From Mustelus asterias (taxonomy: Eukaryota): a DNA stretch of 64,000 bases. The stretch is from NCBI RefSeq assembly GCF_964213995.1, contig NC_135808.1:50282001-50346000 (forward strand), read 5' to 3'. Under the pieces are notes generated by a model. The model was not told the origin of the DNA. It made no database searches and was given only the letters and a program-made list of their open reading frames with translations. The translations under genes were made by a program, and so were the position numbers. Below, one piece after another: positions 36,516 to 49,868 of this stretch (the stretch's first letter is position 1; every line of letters starts with the position of its first letter).

Positions 36516-37047
36516 GCTGGTCTGAGAATCAACTGGCTTCTGGTAAAATGAAATTTAAGATAGATGGGAATTGGAAAGTGCGGTTGTAAGTGGATTGGGG
36601 AATAGGTTTTTGCAGGGATGGATACAGAAGGGGGTAGGGTTGTGGGTGTGGAAGGAGGATGTGGCTGGGGAGTGATACAAGGAAGTGATCAGAGATGGTC
36701 TGATCTCTGATTGAAACTATGGGAGCAGTGAGACCACGTGAGATGGTTAAGGTCAAGGGGGAGGTGGTGAATATGGGGTGGAGAATTGTGATTGTGATGG
36801 TTTAATCCCAGCAACTTTCAGTTTCTTTTCTGTTTTCAATCTTGTCACTCAAGAGATTCCAGATCAAACTGATAATTTTCAAATGAATGATCATTGGCTT
36901 TGAATCCAATCTTCTGCTGATGTGTCATTGATTGACAGGCCAAACAGCCAATCAGGACAATCACTTGGTGAAATGCAGCCAATCAGCTGATGGGGAGGTG
37001 GGACATTTCCAAAGCACTCACCAGACAGAAACTGAATATTCTTAATG

Positions 37048-37136
37048 TTTATTACCTTTTACACATTGACATTGACAGAAAAAACAGCCCAGCCAGAGGA
37101 AGCTGGAGAAATTCACAGGGAGAATGGAGGTTTATT
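37048..37136 (-). terminator. Polyadenylation signals of cluster B
   Basis: TTTATT at 37131-37136 and 37048-37053. Confidence 0.7.
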
Positions 37137-37568
37137 AAAACACTTGTGGAGATTTTCTCAATAACATGAGAATCCTGTCCCTTTAAACAGTGACTAAAGC
37201 TTCAATTGTAACTGCAGGGTGAGCAGGAAGGAGGTCTGGTTTACTGAAGCAGACACTTCACAGGGTCACATTATTATTGTACAGCTGACACTCTTCAGCA
37301 TCTTCCAGAGGTTGTACTTGTTATCACGAGTCTGCACTGTCCCCATCAAACTCTCCCAGGACAGTAACACCACAGGGTTAAATACAAAGTAAAGCTCCCT
37401 CTACACTGCCCCAATAATGTGCTTTAACCCCTGACCCTCAGAAGTGTCTCAGACCCAGTCCCGAGGAGGAAGAGAGTTGTAATTCAATGCTGATAATGAC
37501 CTTTGCCCTCCCAGCTCACCCCTGTTCTATTTCAAGTTGTGCCTCCTCTGTGGACTGTCTCTAACACT

Positions 37569-37897
37569 CTAGGCACATTCTGATCTACTGACGCTCTTGC
37601 TGAGGGGCGAGGAGAGGCTGACGTGGGTGAGGGCACAGGAGAAGCGGGCGTTGGACTCCCAGTCGGAGCCAGAGAGGGTCAGCAGGCTGCTGACGCTGTA
37701 GGTGTTGTCTGAAGCTCGCAGGTAGTTGCTGGTCTGAACCCCGTTGGAAATGGCTGCACCATCCTTCTTCCACTTCACCTCCACCTCATCGGGATAGAAG
37801 TGATTGGCAAGGCACACCAGGGTGGCAGTGCCCTTGGTCTTGACCTCCTCCGGGGAGGGGGGCAGCAGGGTCAGCGTGGGTTGTGAATTCTCACGGG
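37569..37897 (-). CDS. IGKC: Ig kappa-type light chain constant exon, cluster B
   Basis: 329-nt exon, same length as cluster A; differs at GVQT/GIQT and SVSRS/SVRRS; acceptor at 37898-37899. Confidence 0.96.
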
Positions 37898-39317
37898 CTG
37901 AAAGAGAAGAGAAGGAATTTTAATCGCTGCTATTTTCAGGCTTTCAACTTCCCGAATATTGACTGGGATCAAATCAGTGTCAATGTTTCGATGTTGCAGA
38001 ATTCTGAAAATCCATTCCGGGGGAAATTTTTTAACCAGCACGGAACAATCCCAACAAGAGAAGGGGCAGTTTTGGGCAGTTTTATAGAATGAATCTCGGC
38101 ATGTGGAAGGTGTATCAGTGGGAGAGCATTTGGGTAATAGTGATCATAATATAGTTAGATTTAGAGTAGTTACGGAAAAGGGGAAAGATCGATCAAGAGT
38201 AAACGTTTTAAATTGGGAAAAGGCCAATTTCACGAAACTGGGATTTGCCAAAATGGAGAGGAAACAGCGACTTGAAGGTAAATCAGTGTCAGAGCAGTGG
38301 GAAGATATTCGAGCTGGAGATAGAGTTCAGAACAAATATGTTCACACAAAGCAATAGCGTGGGACATTGCAAAGAGGATAACTAAGGAATGAATAGGGCT
38401 GATTGGAGAGCAAAAAGGTAACTTGTGTGTGTAGGGAGAAGACACGGTGATGGTTCTTCATGAATAATTTACATCAGATATCACAAATGAGAGGGATAAA
38501 GCTAACATTGTAGTTCAGGAGGGGAGGGATTGTGAAATAATCAATGGGATAATGATAGTGTGGGAGGAGATATTAATGTGCTTATCATCTTTGAAAGTGG
38601 AGAAATTCCCAGGCCCGGGTGAAATGTATCCCAGGATGCGAAGGGAAGCACGGGAAGAAAAAGCAGAGACTCTGACCATTATTTCCCAATCCTCTCTGGC
38701 TACAGGTGTGGTGTGGGAGGACTGGAGGACGGATAATGCTGTTTAAAATTACAGGCTGATGGGATTCAAGGGAAAGTGGCACGTTCGATTTCAAATTAGT
38801 TCAGTGTCTGGGGGTAAAGGTTTGGTTTGAAGCTGGTTAAATCATTTTGCATATATAAAGAAAGTTACAACAAATTCAGCACTGAAATGGTTAATAGTGA
38901 GAGTATTTAAAGACACAGTGTCCCTTTAAGAGACTGTTAACCAGTCAGGAAGCTGGAACTATTGTTCAGTCTGTCTGGGGGAAACAGGTTGAGCATCAAC
39001 AAACCTCAGATCACACACAGATCAGGAGAACTTTATCCCAGAACATTGCAGCAGACTTGGATCAACACACTTCACACAGGATTCTGATTGGCTGTCAGTG
39101 TAGAAGCTTCCAGATTTCATTTCAAACCTTACCCTCAGCACTTGGCCGAGGTCAAGGGTGAGGTTAGAATTAGTCTCAGTGTCCAGGGGTCAGACAGGGT
39201 CACTGCTCCGAATGACCCCATGAACTCTGGAGGGTGTGAGTGTGTGGATAATGAGTGAGGGTTAGGATCAGGAATCTCCAACCTCAAAGACAGAATTACA
39301 TTTCTATAGCACCTGTC

Positions 39318-39600
39318 ACCACCTCAGAATGTCCCAAAGTGTTTTACAGCTCATTGTGCACAGCAAGATCCCAGGGACAGAGTGAGAATGAACAGATAAG
39401 CAGATTTGTAGTGATGTTGATTGAGGGATAAATATTGACCAGTACATCGGGGTGAACTCCCCTGCTCTTCTTCCAATGGTACCATGGGATCTTTCACACC
39501 CCCTGAGAGGACAGATATCAGTTTGTCTCATCTGAAAGACGGCACCTCTGACAGTGCAGCACTCGCTCAATACTGCACTGGATCTCAGCCTGGATGATGT
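39318..39600. mobile_element. Deu-domain SINE fragment (SacSINE/AmnSINE-like)
   Basis: GAGGGATAAATATTG...CCCCTGCTCTTCTT...CCATGGGATCTTT...GTCTCATCTGAAAGACGGCACCTC core. Confidence 0.65.
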
Positions 39601-41527
39601 GGGATTTGAGGTATCATTCTGTTTCTGTGGATTCTCTGCTGCTTTCAGTTCAATGAAGAGTGCAGGAGGACATGGCAGGAGCAACAGCAGACATACTGAA
39701 AAATGAGATATTGACCTGGTGAAGCTACAACACAGGACTGTGTGCCAAACAGCAGAAGCAGCCAGTGATAGACAGAGCTAAACCATCCCACAAACAATGG
39801 ATCAGATCTAAGCTCTGCAGTCCTGCCACATCCAGCCGTGAATGGTGGTGGACAATTAAACAACTCACTGGAGGAGGAGGCTCCACAAATATCCCCATCC
39901 TCAATGATGGAGGAGCCCAGAACATCAGTGCAAAAGATAAGGCTGAAGCATTTGCAGCGATCTTCAGCCAGAAGTGCCACGTGGATGATCCATCTCGACC
40001 TCCTCTGGAGGTCCTGAAGACGTGTGCTCCAGAACTTCCAGCGTCCCTAGCCAAGCTGTTCCAGTACATCTACAACACTGGCAGCAACCCAACATTGTGA
40101 TAAATTACCCGGTTATGAACTGTGCACAAAAACCAGGACAAATCCAACCCGCACAATAACCGCCCCATCAGTCTACTCTCGATCATCAGCAATGTGATCT
40201 GAACATATCCAGAGCGATTACCAAGCAGCACTTACTCAGCAATAATCTGCTCACTGACACTCAGTTAGTGTTCCGCCAGGATCACTCAGCTCCTGACCTC
40301 ATTACAGCCTTGGTTCAAACATGGACAAAAGAGCTGAACTCCAGAGGTGAGGTGAGAGTGACTGCCCTTGACATCACGGCAGCATTTGACCGAGTGTGGC
40401 ATCAAGGAGCCCTCGCAAAACTGGAGCCCATGGGAATCAGGGGAAAACTCTCCGCTCTTTGGAGTTATACCCAGCACAATGGAAGATGGTTGTTGTTTAG
40501 GGTTTTACTCTACAATCTATATTAATGAGCTGGATGAAGGGAATGAGAGGAACGTCACTAAACGTGCTGATGATAAAATGAAAAGTAGAAATACAAGTTG
40601 TGAGGAGGATGCAGAGTCTGAAAAGGGATAGAGATAGGTTCAGTGAGTGGGAAAACATTGACAGATGGAATATAATGTGGGAAAATGTGAGGTTGTCCAC
40701 TTTGGCAGGAGGATTGAGCAGAATACTAGTAAACTGGAGAGATTCTATCGAGTGATCTGGATGTCTTTCCATCTAGGAACAGCAATAAATTAGGAAGACA
40801 AATGGAATATTGCTCTTCATTGCAATGAGGATGAGTATAAAAGTAGGGATGTTTTGCTACAGCTGTATAGCACCTTGAGAAAATCACACCTGGAATATTG
40901 TGGACACTTTTAGTCTCCATACTTAAGGAAGGATATAGTAGCATTGGAAAGAGTTCAGAGAAGGTTCACGAGGCTGATTCCACTGAGTAATGGATTGTCT
41001 TATGAGGAAAGCTTGAGCAGGTTGGGCCGATACTCATTGGAGTAGAACTTATTCCACCACCTCAGCACCATCTTCACCAGGGCAATTAGGGATGGGTAAT
41101 AAATGCTGGTCTGCATAGAATCACAGAAAATAGGAACAGGAGGAGGCCATTCGGCCCTTTGAGCCTGCTCCACTATTCATCATGAAGATTTCTGATCATC
41201 CAATCAGTAGCCAGATCCTGTCTTCCCCCGCAAATCCTTTGATCCTATTCACCCCAAGAGCTAAATCTAACTCCTTCTTGAAAACGTACAATATTTTGGC
41301 CTCAACTGCTTTCTGTGATAGTGAATTCCACAGGTTTACGCCTCTCTGGGTGAAGGAATTTCTCCTCACCTCAGTCCTAAAAGGTTTACCCCATATTCTC
41401 AGACTATGACCCCTCAAACTGGACGCTCCCAGCACTGGGAACATGCTTCCTGTATCTACCCTGTCTAGTCCTGTTGGAATTTTATAGATTTTTATGCGAT
41501 CCCCCCTCATTCTTCTGAACTGCAGTG

Positions 41528-41842
41528 GGGGTAGCACGGTGGCACAGTGGTTAGCACTGCTGCCTCACAGTGCCAGGGGGCTAGGTTCGATTCCCGGCTT
41601 GGGTCACTGTCTGTGTGGAGTTTGTACATTCTCCCCATGTCTGTGTGGGTTTCCTCCAGGTGTTAAGGTTTCCTCCCACAGTCCAAAAGGTGTGCAGGTT
41701 AGGTGAATTGGCCAAGCTAAAGTCTCCCTCAGTATACCCGAACAGGCGCCGGAATGTGGCCACATGGGGATTTTCACAGTGACTTCATTGCAGTGTGAAT
41801 GTCAGCCTATTTGTGACTAATAAATAAACTTTAAAAAAAAAA
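41528..41842 (+). mobile_element. V-SINE-like SINE, private to cluster B intron
   Basis: tRNA head, V-domain and A-rich tail; absent at the homologous cluster A site (~4110). Confidence 0.85.
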
Positions 41843-44461
41843 AAATCTTAACCAACGCAATCTCTCCTCCTACATCAATCCCACTATCGCAGAAATCATT
41901 CCAGTAAACCTTTGCTGCACTCCCTCTGTCACAAAAACATCCTTCCTCAGAAAAGGAGAGTAAAACTGTACACATCATTCCCAGTGTGGCCTCACCAAGG
42001 CCCTGTATAACTGCAGAAAGACAGAATTACGAGGGACAGAGATAGGGTAGATATGAGGAAACTTTTCCCCTTAATCACAGAGGCAGCAGATTTTGAGAGT
42101 CTTGAGGGAAATCTTTTCACCCAGAGGGTGCTGGGAATCTGGATCTCACTGCCTGAAAGGGTGGTGGAGTTGGGAGCACTCACAACATTTAAGAAACATT
42201 TAGATGAGCACTTGAAATTCCAAAGCATACAAGGCAACGGACCAAATGCTGGAAAATGGGATTGGAATAGATAGGTGCTTGGTAGCCGGCACAGACATGG
42301 ACAATAGAATCCCTAAAGTGCAGTCGGAGGCCATTCGGTCCATCGAGTCTGCATCAACTCTTACCCCATAACCCCATGTATTTACCTCACTAATCCCCCT
42401 CACCTGTTAGAATTTTATAGGTCTCCATGAGTTGCCTCTGAACTCCAGTGAATATAAGTCTTAACCAACTCAATGTCTCCTCATACATCAGTCCCATTAT
42501 AACAGATATCAGTCTGGGATACCTTCTCTGCACTCCCTCTGGAGCAAATATATCCTTCCTGAGATAGGGAGACCAAAACTGCGCACAATATTCCCAGTGC
42601 GGCCTCACCAAGGACCTGTATAACCGCAGCAGGTCAGAATTATGAAGACATAGAGCAGATACGAAGAAACTTTTCCCCTTTTAGCAGCAGATTCAAAAAC
42701 CAGGGAGCATAGATTTAATCTCAGAGGCAGAAGATTTTGAGGGATTGGAGGAAAAACTTTTTCACTCAGAGGCTGTTGGGAATCTGGAACTCACTGCCTG
42801 AAACAAAGGTAGATACAGGAACCCTCACAACATTTAAGAAGTATTTAGATGAGCATTTGAAATTCCAAACCATACAAGGCTATGGACCAAGTGCTGGAAA
42901 ATGGGATGAGAATAGTTGGGTGCTTAATGGCCGGCAGAGACAGGATGGGCTGAAGGGCCTCTTTCTGTGCTGTAAATTTCTATGAGACGATGACTGAGCC
43001 AAGATGGCCGAGAATGTAAAGTGACCAGCTTCTGGAAAATTCCGATGTGGGTTATATTTGACTGATTGTCCTGAGAGAAGATGGAATGTCACACCTGAAA
43101 GATGTCAGGGATTTCATCAAACAGGAAATAGAAATGGAGATAGAAAAAATGTCTCAGACTAAACTTTAATCTCCTTTTGATACGGAAACAATGGAGACTG
43201 ATTGTCACATCTCAGCAGACATCCAAAACCCATCTGCTGTTGAGTTATACCTCAGAATGTGGAAATGGTCTGAGTTCAAAGTAAACTGACTCTGGGGTGA
43301 AAGACATGTTTGTTTGTTACCTTTCAGGAAACAACAGGGAAATGGGTTAAAAATCCAACTGCACACCTGAGCTGTGTGTACTGGTGCTGTGTGACAGATT
43401 GTGAGTTGAGACATTCCTCCGAATGGTCCAGTTTCCTCCCACAGTCCAAAGATCTGCAGGTCAGATGGATTGGCCATGCTAAATTACCCCTAGTGTGTTC
43501 TTTAGGTGGATTAGCAATGGTAAATGCGCAGGGTTACAGGGATAGGGTGGGGAGCCTGGGTAAGAAGCTCTTTCAGAGAGTTGGTACAGATTCGATGGAC
43601 TGAATAGCCTCCTTCTGCACTGTAGAGATTCAAAGGCTAATAAAGGACTACGTGGACTGTGTAAGGTTTCCACGGGTGAAGGGATCCATTTTAAATGAAC
43701 CTTGTTGTGACCAATCGAGTGCGGGGTTCCAGCTGATTACTCCTCACCCAGGAGCAAAACAAAATTGGGATCCGGTTCAGGAAGTTAACAAATGAGGGAC
43801 CTTGTCTGAGGACTGGTCACAACGTATACACAGCAAGATCCCACACACAGCAATGAGAACAATCAGCATTTTCAGTGATGTTGGATCCGGGATAAATATC
43901 GGACTGAACTCGTCCCAGAGAGAAAGTAACTGAGAGTCTCCCCAAAAGCCTGGAACACTGAAGCCACTGGATTGTGGGCCGTGCTGTAGCTGTTTGTCAT
44001 CAGAACTTTAGCAAGAGATCAGCAGGGAGTGGAGAGAGCAGAGTGAAAGCTGGGGGAGGTGGCACCTCGGTGTCTCACTGTGCTGGTGCTGTGATCAGTT
44101 ATATCAGAGAGTGTGACAGGGAGTCCGACTTCACATCAAACTCTGCCTGTGTGTGTCACACTGAGACTGACAGGAGTCTAGAGAGTGATTTCACTCCATG
44201 CTGCAGGAATGTGAGCACAGTCTGCAAACGTCCAGATCTCCTCCACACGGTGGGTAAAAGCTGCTTACTTATATCTTGCTGCTTAAAGGGGGGAATGGAA
44301 GGAAAGAAATACAGCTGGGCTCCCTGTTCCACACAATGTTCTTCAATCAACCATTTCATTGACTGCAGCTTCCTCACCAACACCTTCAACTATTCAGCAT
44401 TTGTGTTTGAGAAAGTTTCAGCATTGAAAGGGTTAATAACGGAGGATTGGGCTTTACTTAC

Positions 44462-44496
44462 TCAGTCTGAGTTTGGTTCCTTTACCGAACGTAAGG
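44462..44496 (-). CDS. IGKJ: Ig kappa-type J segment, cluster B
   Basis: Identical to the cluster A J (LTFGKGTKLRL); donor at 44461-44460. Confidence 0.95.
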
Positions 44497-44535
44497 CACA
44501 CTGACAGCTTCCAGTGCAGGAGCTGTACAAAAACC
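44497..44535 (-). other. 23-RSS of J (cluster B)
   Basis: CACACTG 44497-44503, 23 nt, ACAAAAACC 44527-44535 on the + strand. Confidence 0.95.
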
Positions 44536-44793
44536 TCTGCTCTCTGCCTCACTCACTCACTCACTCATCTCTTCTCTCTCACTCTTTCTCTCTCTCTGTT
44601 TCTCTCAATGTCTCAGTGTTTTGTTGGGAGAGTTGAGAATTCTAATTTGAGATGATAAATCTTTCAGCTGCTCTTCATATGTGGACATGGAGAGTAAGAG
44701 GGAAACTCGAGGCCTTCAGCGAGCGGTGGACACCACAGGGACTGGAGTGTGTAGTGGACAGTGCAAATAATTTGTCCAGTTTCCTTTCTTGTC

Positions 44794-46744
44794 TTTATTA
44801 TATATTATATAAAACTGTGGGATGTGTCAGTACAGGAGGTGGGACTGTGTGTCCTTTATTATATATTATATAAAACTGTGGGATGTGTCAGTACAGGAGG
44901 TGGGACTGTGTGCCCATTATTATATATTATATAAAACTGTGGGATGTGTCAGTACAGGAGGTGGGACTGTGTGCCCATTATTATATATTATATAAAACTG
45001 TGGGATGTGTCAGTACAGGAGGTGGGACTGTGTGTTCATTATTATATATTATGTAAAACTGTGGGATGTGTCAGTACAGGAGGTGGGACTGTGTGTCCAT
45101 TATTATATATTATATAAAACTGTGGGATGTGTCAGTACAGGAGGTGGGACTGTGTGTCCATTATTATATATTATATAAAACTGTGGGATGTGTCAGTACA
45201 GGAGGTGGGACTGTGTGTCCATTATTATATATTATATAAAACTGTGGGATGTGTCAGTACAGGAGGTGGTGCTGTGTGTCCATTATTATATATTATATAA
45301 AACTGTGGGATGTGTCAGTACAGGAGGTGGGACTGTGTGTCCATTATTATATATTATATAAAACTGTGGGATGTGTCAGTACAGGAGGTGGGACTGTGTG
45401 TCCATTATTATATATTATATAAAACTGTGGGATGTGTCAGTACAGGAGGTGGGACTGTGTGTCCATTATTATATATTATATAAAACTGTGGGATGTGTCA
45501 GTACAGGAGGTGGGACTGTGTGTCCATTATTATATATTATATAAAACTGTGGGATGTGTCAGTACAGGAGGTGGGACTGTGTGTCCATTATTATATATTA
45601 TATAAAACTGTGGGATGTGTCAGTACAGGAGGTGGTGCTGTGTGTCCATTATTATATATTATATAAAACTGTGGGATGTGTCAGTACAGGAGGTGGGACT
45701 GTGTGTCCATTATTATATATTATATAAAACTGTGGGATGTGTCAGTACAGGAGGTGGTGCTGTGTGTCCATTATTATATATTATATAAAACTGTGGGATG
45801 TGTCAGTACAGGAGGTGGGACTGTGTGTCCATTATTATATATTATATAAAACTGTGGGATGTGTCAGTACAGGAGGTGGGACTGTGTGTCCATTATTATA
45901 TATTATATAAAACTGTGGGATGTGTCAGTACAGGAGGTGGTGCTGTGTGTCCATTATTATATATTATATAAAACTGTGGGATGTGTCAGTACAGGAGGTG
46001 GTGCTGTGTGTCCATTATTATATATTATATAACACTGTGGGATGTGTCAGTACAGGAGGTGGGACTGTGTGTCCATTATTATATATTATATAAAACTGTG
46101 GGATGTGTCAGTACAGGAGGTGGGACTGTGTGTCCATTATTATATATTATATAAAACTGTGGGATGTGTCAGTACAGGAGGTGGGACTGTGTGTCCATTA
46201 TTATATATTATATAAAACTGTGGGATGTGTCAGTACAGGAGGTGGGACTGTGTGTCCATTATTATATATTATATAAAACTGTGGGATGTGTCAGTACAGG
46301 AGGTGGTGCTGTGTGTCCATTATTATATATTATATAAAACTGTGGGATGTGTCAGTACAGGAGGTGGTGCTGTGTGTCCATTATTATATATTATATAAAA
46401 CTGTGGGATGTGTCAGTACAGGAGGTGGGACTGTGTGTCCATTATTATATATTATATAAAACTGTGGGATGTGTCAGTACAGGAGGTGGGACTGTGTGTC
46501 CATTATTATATATTATATAAAACTGTGGGATGTGTCAGTACAGGAGGTGGTGCTGTGTGTCCATTATTATATATTATATAAAACTGTGGGATGTGTCAAT
46601 ACAGGAGGTGGGAGTGTGTGTCCATTATTATATATTATATAACACTGTGGGATGTGTCAGTACAGGAGGTGGGACTGTGTGTCCATTATTATATATTATA
46701 TTAAACTGTGGGATGTGTCAGTACAGGAGGTGGTGCTGTGTGTG
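44794..46744 (-). repeat. 61-bp minisatellite, ~32 copies (V-J intersegment, cluster B)
   Basis: Reverse complement of the 440-1036 unit, with two main variants (GGTGGGACTG / GGTGGTGCTG). Confidence 0.97.
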
Positions 46745-46748
46745 TTGG

Positions 46749-46776
46749 GGTTTTTGTAAGGCTCTGTATCACTGTG
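46749..46776 (-). other. 12-RSS of V (cluster B), perfect consensus
   Basis: Minus strand CACAGTG-ATACAGAGCCTT-ACAAAAACC. Confidence 0.97.
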
Positions 46777-47075
46777 TAGAGGGAAGCTCTGACGTTGCTG
46801 ACAGTAATAATCAGCGACATCCTCATTCTGTACATTGCTGATTGTCAGGGTGAATCTTGTCCCAGATCCACTGCCGGTGAATCGGTCGGATATTCCTGTG
46901 AATCGATTTGATGCATCGTAGATCAGCAGAGCCGGTTTCTGTCCTTCCCGCTGTTGGTACCAAGCAACATAGTAACTGACAGATTGACTGGCCGTACAGG
47001 TGATGGTGGCGGTCTGGCCCAGGCTCACTGACAGCACCGGGGGAGACTGGGTCATGATGATGTCTCCACTGATAC
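46777..47075 (-). CDS. IGKV: Ig kappa-type (NS4-like) V exon, unrearranged, cluster B
   Basis: [27 protein letters not shown]...[15 protein letters not shown]...[15 protein letters not shown]. Conserved Cys/Trp/Cys; acceptor CTCAG at 47080-47076; kappa-type 12/23 polarity. Confidence 0.96.
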
Positions 47076-47261
47076 CTGAGGGGTAATAGAGAAACAGAGT
47101 GAAGTAAGAACTGTCACAGAAAGACGCTGTACAATGAGATATTGTTGGAGACACTGACTGTTCCTCTCCTTTCAGCATTTTCCCTTCAATCACAAGTCAG
47201 GCGAATTGGATTGAAATGGAGAGCAGGAAAATATTCAAGGTGGAAGGAGAGAGATTTGTAC

Positions 47262-47310
47262 CTGCGATGCAGAATGCCAGAGGCCAGAGCAGCTGGATGG
47301 CTGAAATCAT
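47262..47310 (-). CDS. Ig kappa-type leader exon, cluster B (MISAIQLLWPLAFCIA-G)
   Basis: ATG at 47310; phase-1 donor in frame with the V exon. Confidence 0.93.
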
Positions 47311-47370
47311 GGTGTGTGGTCGTGTCCCTGTGCCTGGTTACTGATAAACTCTCCCTTCACTGGGCTCTGC

Positions 47371-47464
47371 TTTATAAAGCTGCAGCCTGTCAGAGTCTCA
47401 CTGCCTGTTCCTCAGTTTGTAAATGGTCTGACCCAGAGAAACCACGTCAGCACCTTTCACTTCC
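47371..47464 (-). promoter_or_regulatory. IgL kappa cluster B promoter
   Basis: TATA 47371-47376, CRE-like site and GGAAGTGAAA (47455-47464), matching cluster A. Confidence 0.7.
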
Positions 47465-47845
47465 TCTTCTTCTCTCTCCCTCCCTCAGTCTCTGTCCCTC
47501 AGTCTCTGTCTCTCGAAATCTCTCCCTCACTCATTGTCTCGCTCTCTCTCTCTCTCTCTCTCAATATTTGACCCTCAGTCTCTCTCTCAGTCTCAGTCTT
47601 TCTCTCTCAATATCTGTCCCTCAGTCTGTCTCCCTCACTTTATTAATATCTCTCCCTCATTGTTGTCTCTTTCACTCTCTGAGTAACTCTCCATGAGTCT
47701 CTGTTTCTATCCACCACACTCTCGCTGTCTCCCTTTCTTGTCCTTCCCATCTCACACTCCTTGTTTACCCTCTCATTCACTCTTTCTTTCTCTCTTCTCA
47801 TTCTCCCTCCCTCTCTTCCTCTCAGTTTCTCCATCACTTTATCTC
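47465..47845. repeat. CT-rich low-complexity tract upstream of the promoter
   Basis: (CT)n and CCCTCAGTCTCTGT repeats; counterpart at 1-100. Confidence 0.8.
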
Positions 47846-49860
47846 ATAGAGTCATAGAGTCATAGAGGTTTACAGCATAGAAACAGGCCCTTCAGCCCAA
47901 CTTGTCCATGCCGCCCTTTTTTTAAAAACCCCTAACCCCAATTGCTGCATTTGGCCCAAATCCCTCTATACCCATCTTACCCATGTAACTGTCTAAATGC
48001 TTTTTAAAAGACAAAATTGTACCCGCCTCTATTACTATCTCTGGCAGCTTGTTCCAGACACTCACCACCCTCTGTGTGAAAAAATTGCCCCTTTGGACAC
48101 TTTTGTATCTCTCCCCTCTCGCCTTAACCCTCTGCCCTCGAGTTTTAGACTCCCCTACCTTTGGGAAAAGATATTGACTATCTAGTTGATCTGTGCCCCT
48201 CATTATTTTATAGACCTCTATAAGATCACCCCTCAGCCTTCTACGCTCCAGAGAAAAAAGTCCCAGCCGATCCAGCCTCTCCTTATAACCCAAACCATCA
48301 AGTCCTGGTAGCATCCTAGTAAATCATTTCTGCACTCTTTCTAGTTTAATAATATCCTTTCTATAACAGGGTGACCAGAACTGTACACAGTATTCCAAGT
48401 GTGGCCTTACCAATGTCTTGTACAACTTCAACAAAACGTCCTGACTCCAGTATTCAATGTTCTGACCAATGAAACCAAGCATGCCGAATGTCTTCTTCAC
48501 CACTCTGTCCACCTGTGACTCCACTTTCAAGTAGCTATGAACCTGTACCCCTAGATCTCTTTGTTCTGTAACTCTCCCCAGTGCTCTACCATTAACTGAG
48601 TAAGTCCTGCCCGGTTCAATCTACCAAAATGCATCACCTCGCATTTATCTAAATTAAACTCCCGCCACTATTCGTCATCCCACTGGCCCAATTCCGGTTG
48701 GAATCGGAGATTACCTTCTTCACTGTCCACTATGCCACCAATCTTGGTGTCATCTGCAAACTTACTCACCATACCTCCTATATTCTCATCCAAATCATTA
48801 ATATAAATGACAAATAACTGGACCCAGCATCGATCCCTGTGGCACACCGCTCATTCTCTTTGTTCTTCTGTATTCTCAGCTCACTCTGCCCCAGAAGAGA
48901 CACCATCCTCCTGGTATCCACTCTGTCAGTCCCCTCACAACCTGATATGTTTCAATAAGATCACCTCTCATTCTTCTAAACTCCAATGGGTTCAGGCCCA
49001 ACCTGTCCAACTTTTCTTCATAAGATAACCCCTCACCCCAGGAATGTGTCGAGTGAATCTTCTCTGAACTGCTTCGAACACAATGATATCCTTTTCCAAA
49101 TAAGGAGACCTAAACTGTACACAGTATTCCAGATGTGGTCTCACCAAGACTCTGTACAGCTGCAGTAAAACTTCCCTATTTTTATATTCCATTCTCCTGG
49201 TAATAAACACCAACATTCCATTTGTCTTCCTAATCACTTGCTGTAGCTGCAGACTAACTTGTTGTGATTCATGTCCCAGGACAGCCAGATCCCTCTGTAG
49301 CACCGAGTTGTGCAATCTCTCTCCATTTCAATAGTTTACTGCTGTTCTATTCTTCCTGCCAAAGTGGACACCTTCACATTTACCCAGGATATACTCCACA
49401 TGTTTCGCCATTCACTTCCCCTGTCCCTATCCCTTTGCAGACTCTCTACCGCTTCTTGAAAACTTACTTTCCCACCTATCTTAGTGTAATTGGGACATCA
49501 GCTCCATTCACTCCCTTCATCCAAGTCATTGATACGGATTGTGAATAGTTGTGGTCCCAGTACTGATTGTTCCAGAACTCCACTAATTACAGCTTCCCAA
49601 CCCCAAAACAATCATTTATCCTCTCTCTCTGTTTGGTTAGCTAACCAATCCTCTATCAATGCTAATATGTTACCCACACACCATCGTCTTACCCACACAC
49701 CATCGTATCTTGTGTAGTAACATTTGATGTGGCAATTTATCAAATACCTTTTCGAATTCCCTGCACATCACAGAGACAAGTTCCCTTTTATCCATTTTGT
49801 GACCTCCGCAAAGGTGGGCAATGACATGTTTACAACAGAAAGAAACTGCTCCACATCGAC
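47846..49860 (-). mobile_element. CR1-type LINE fragments
   Basis: (CATAGAGT) tail; 'LVRPHLEYCVQFWSP'; 'FDKLPHQMLLHKI'. Confidence 0.85.
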
Positions 49861-49868
49861 CATGATGT

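Noticed and set aside
36605-36613. Nonamer-like GGTTTTTGC downstream of C as a KDE-like element
   Set aside because: No heptamer at the correct spacing.
40126-40134. Perfect nonamer ACAAAAACC in the cluster B intron
   Set aside because: Inside a LINE fragment, with no heptamer at 12 or 23 nt.
46777-47075. Germline-joined VJ gene
   Set aside because: V ends in an intact 12-RSS and J is separate, so the cluster is in split configuration.
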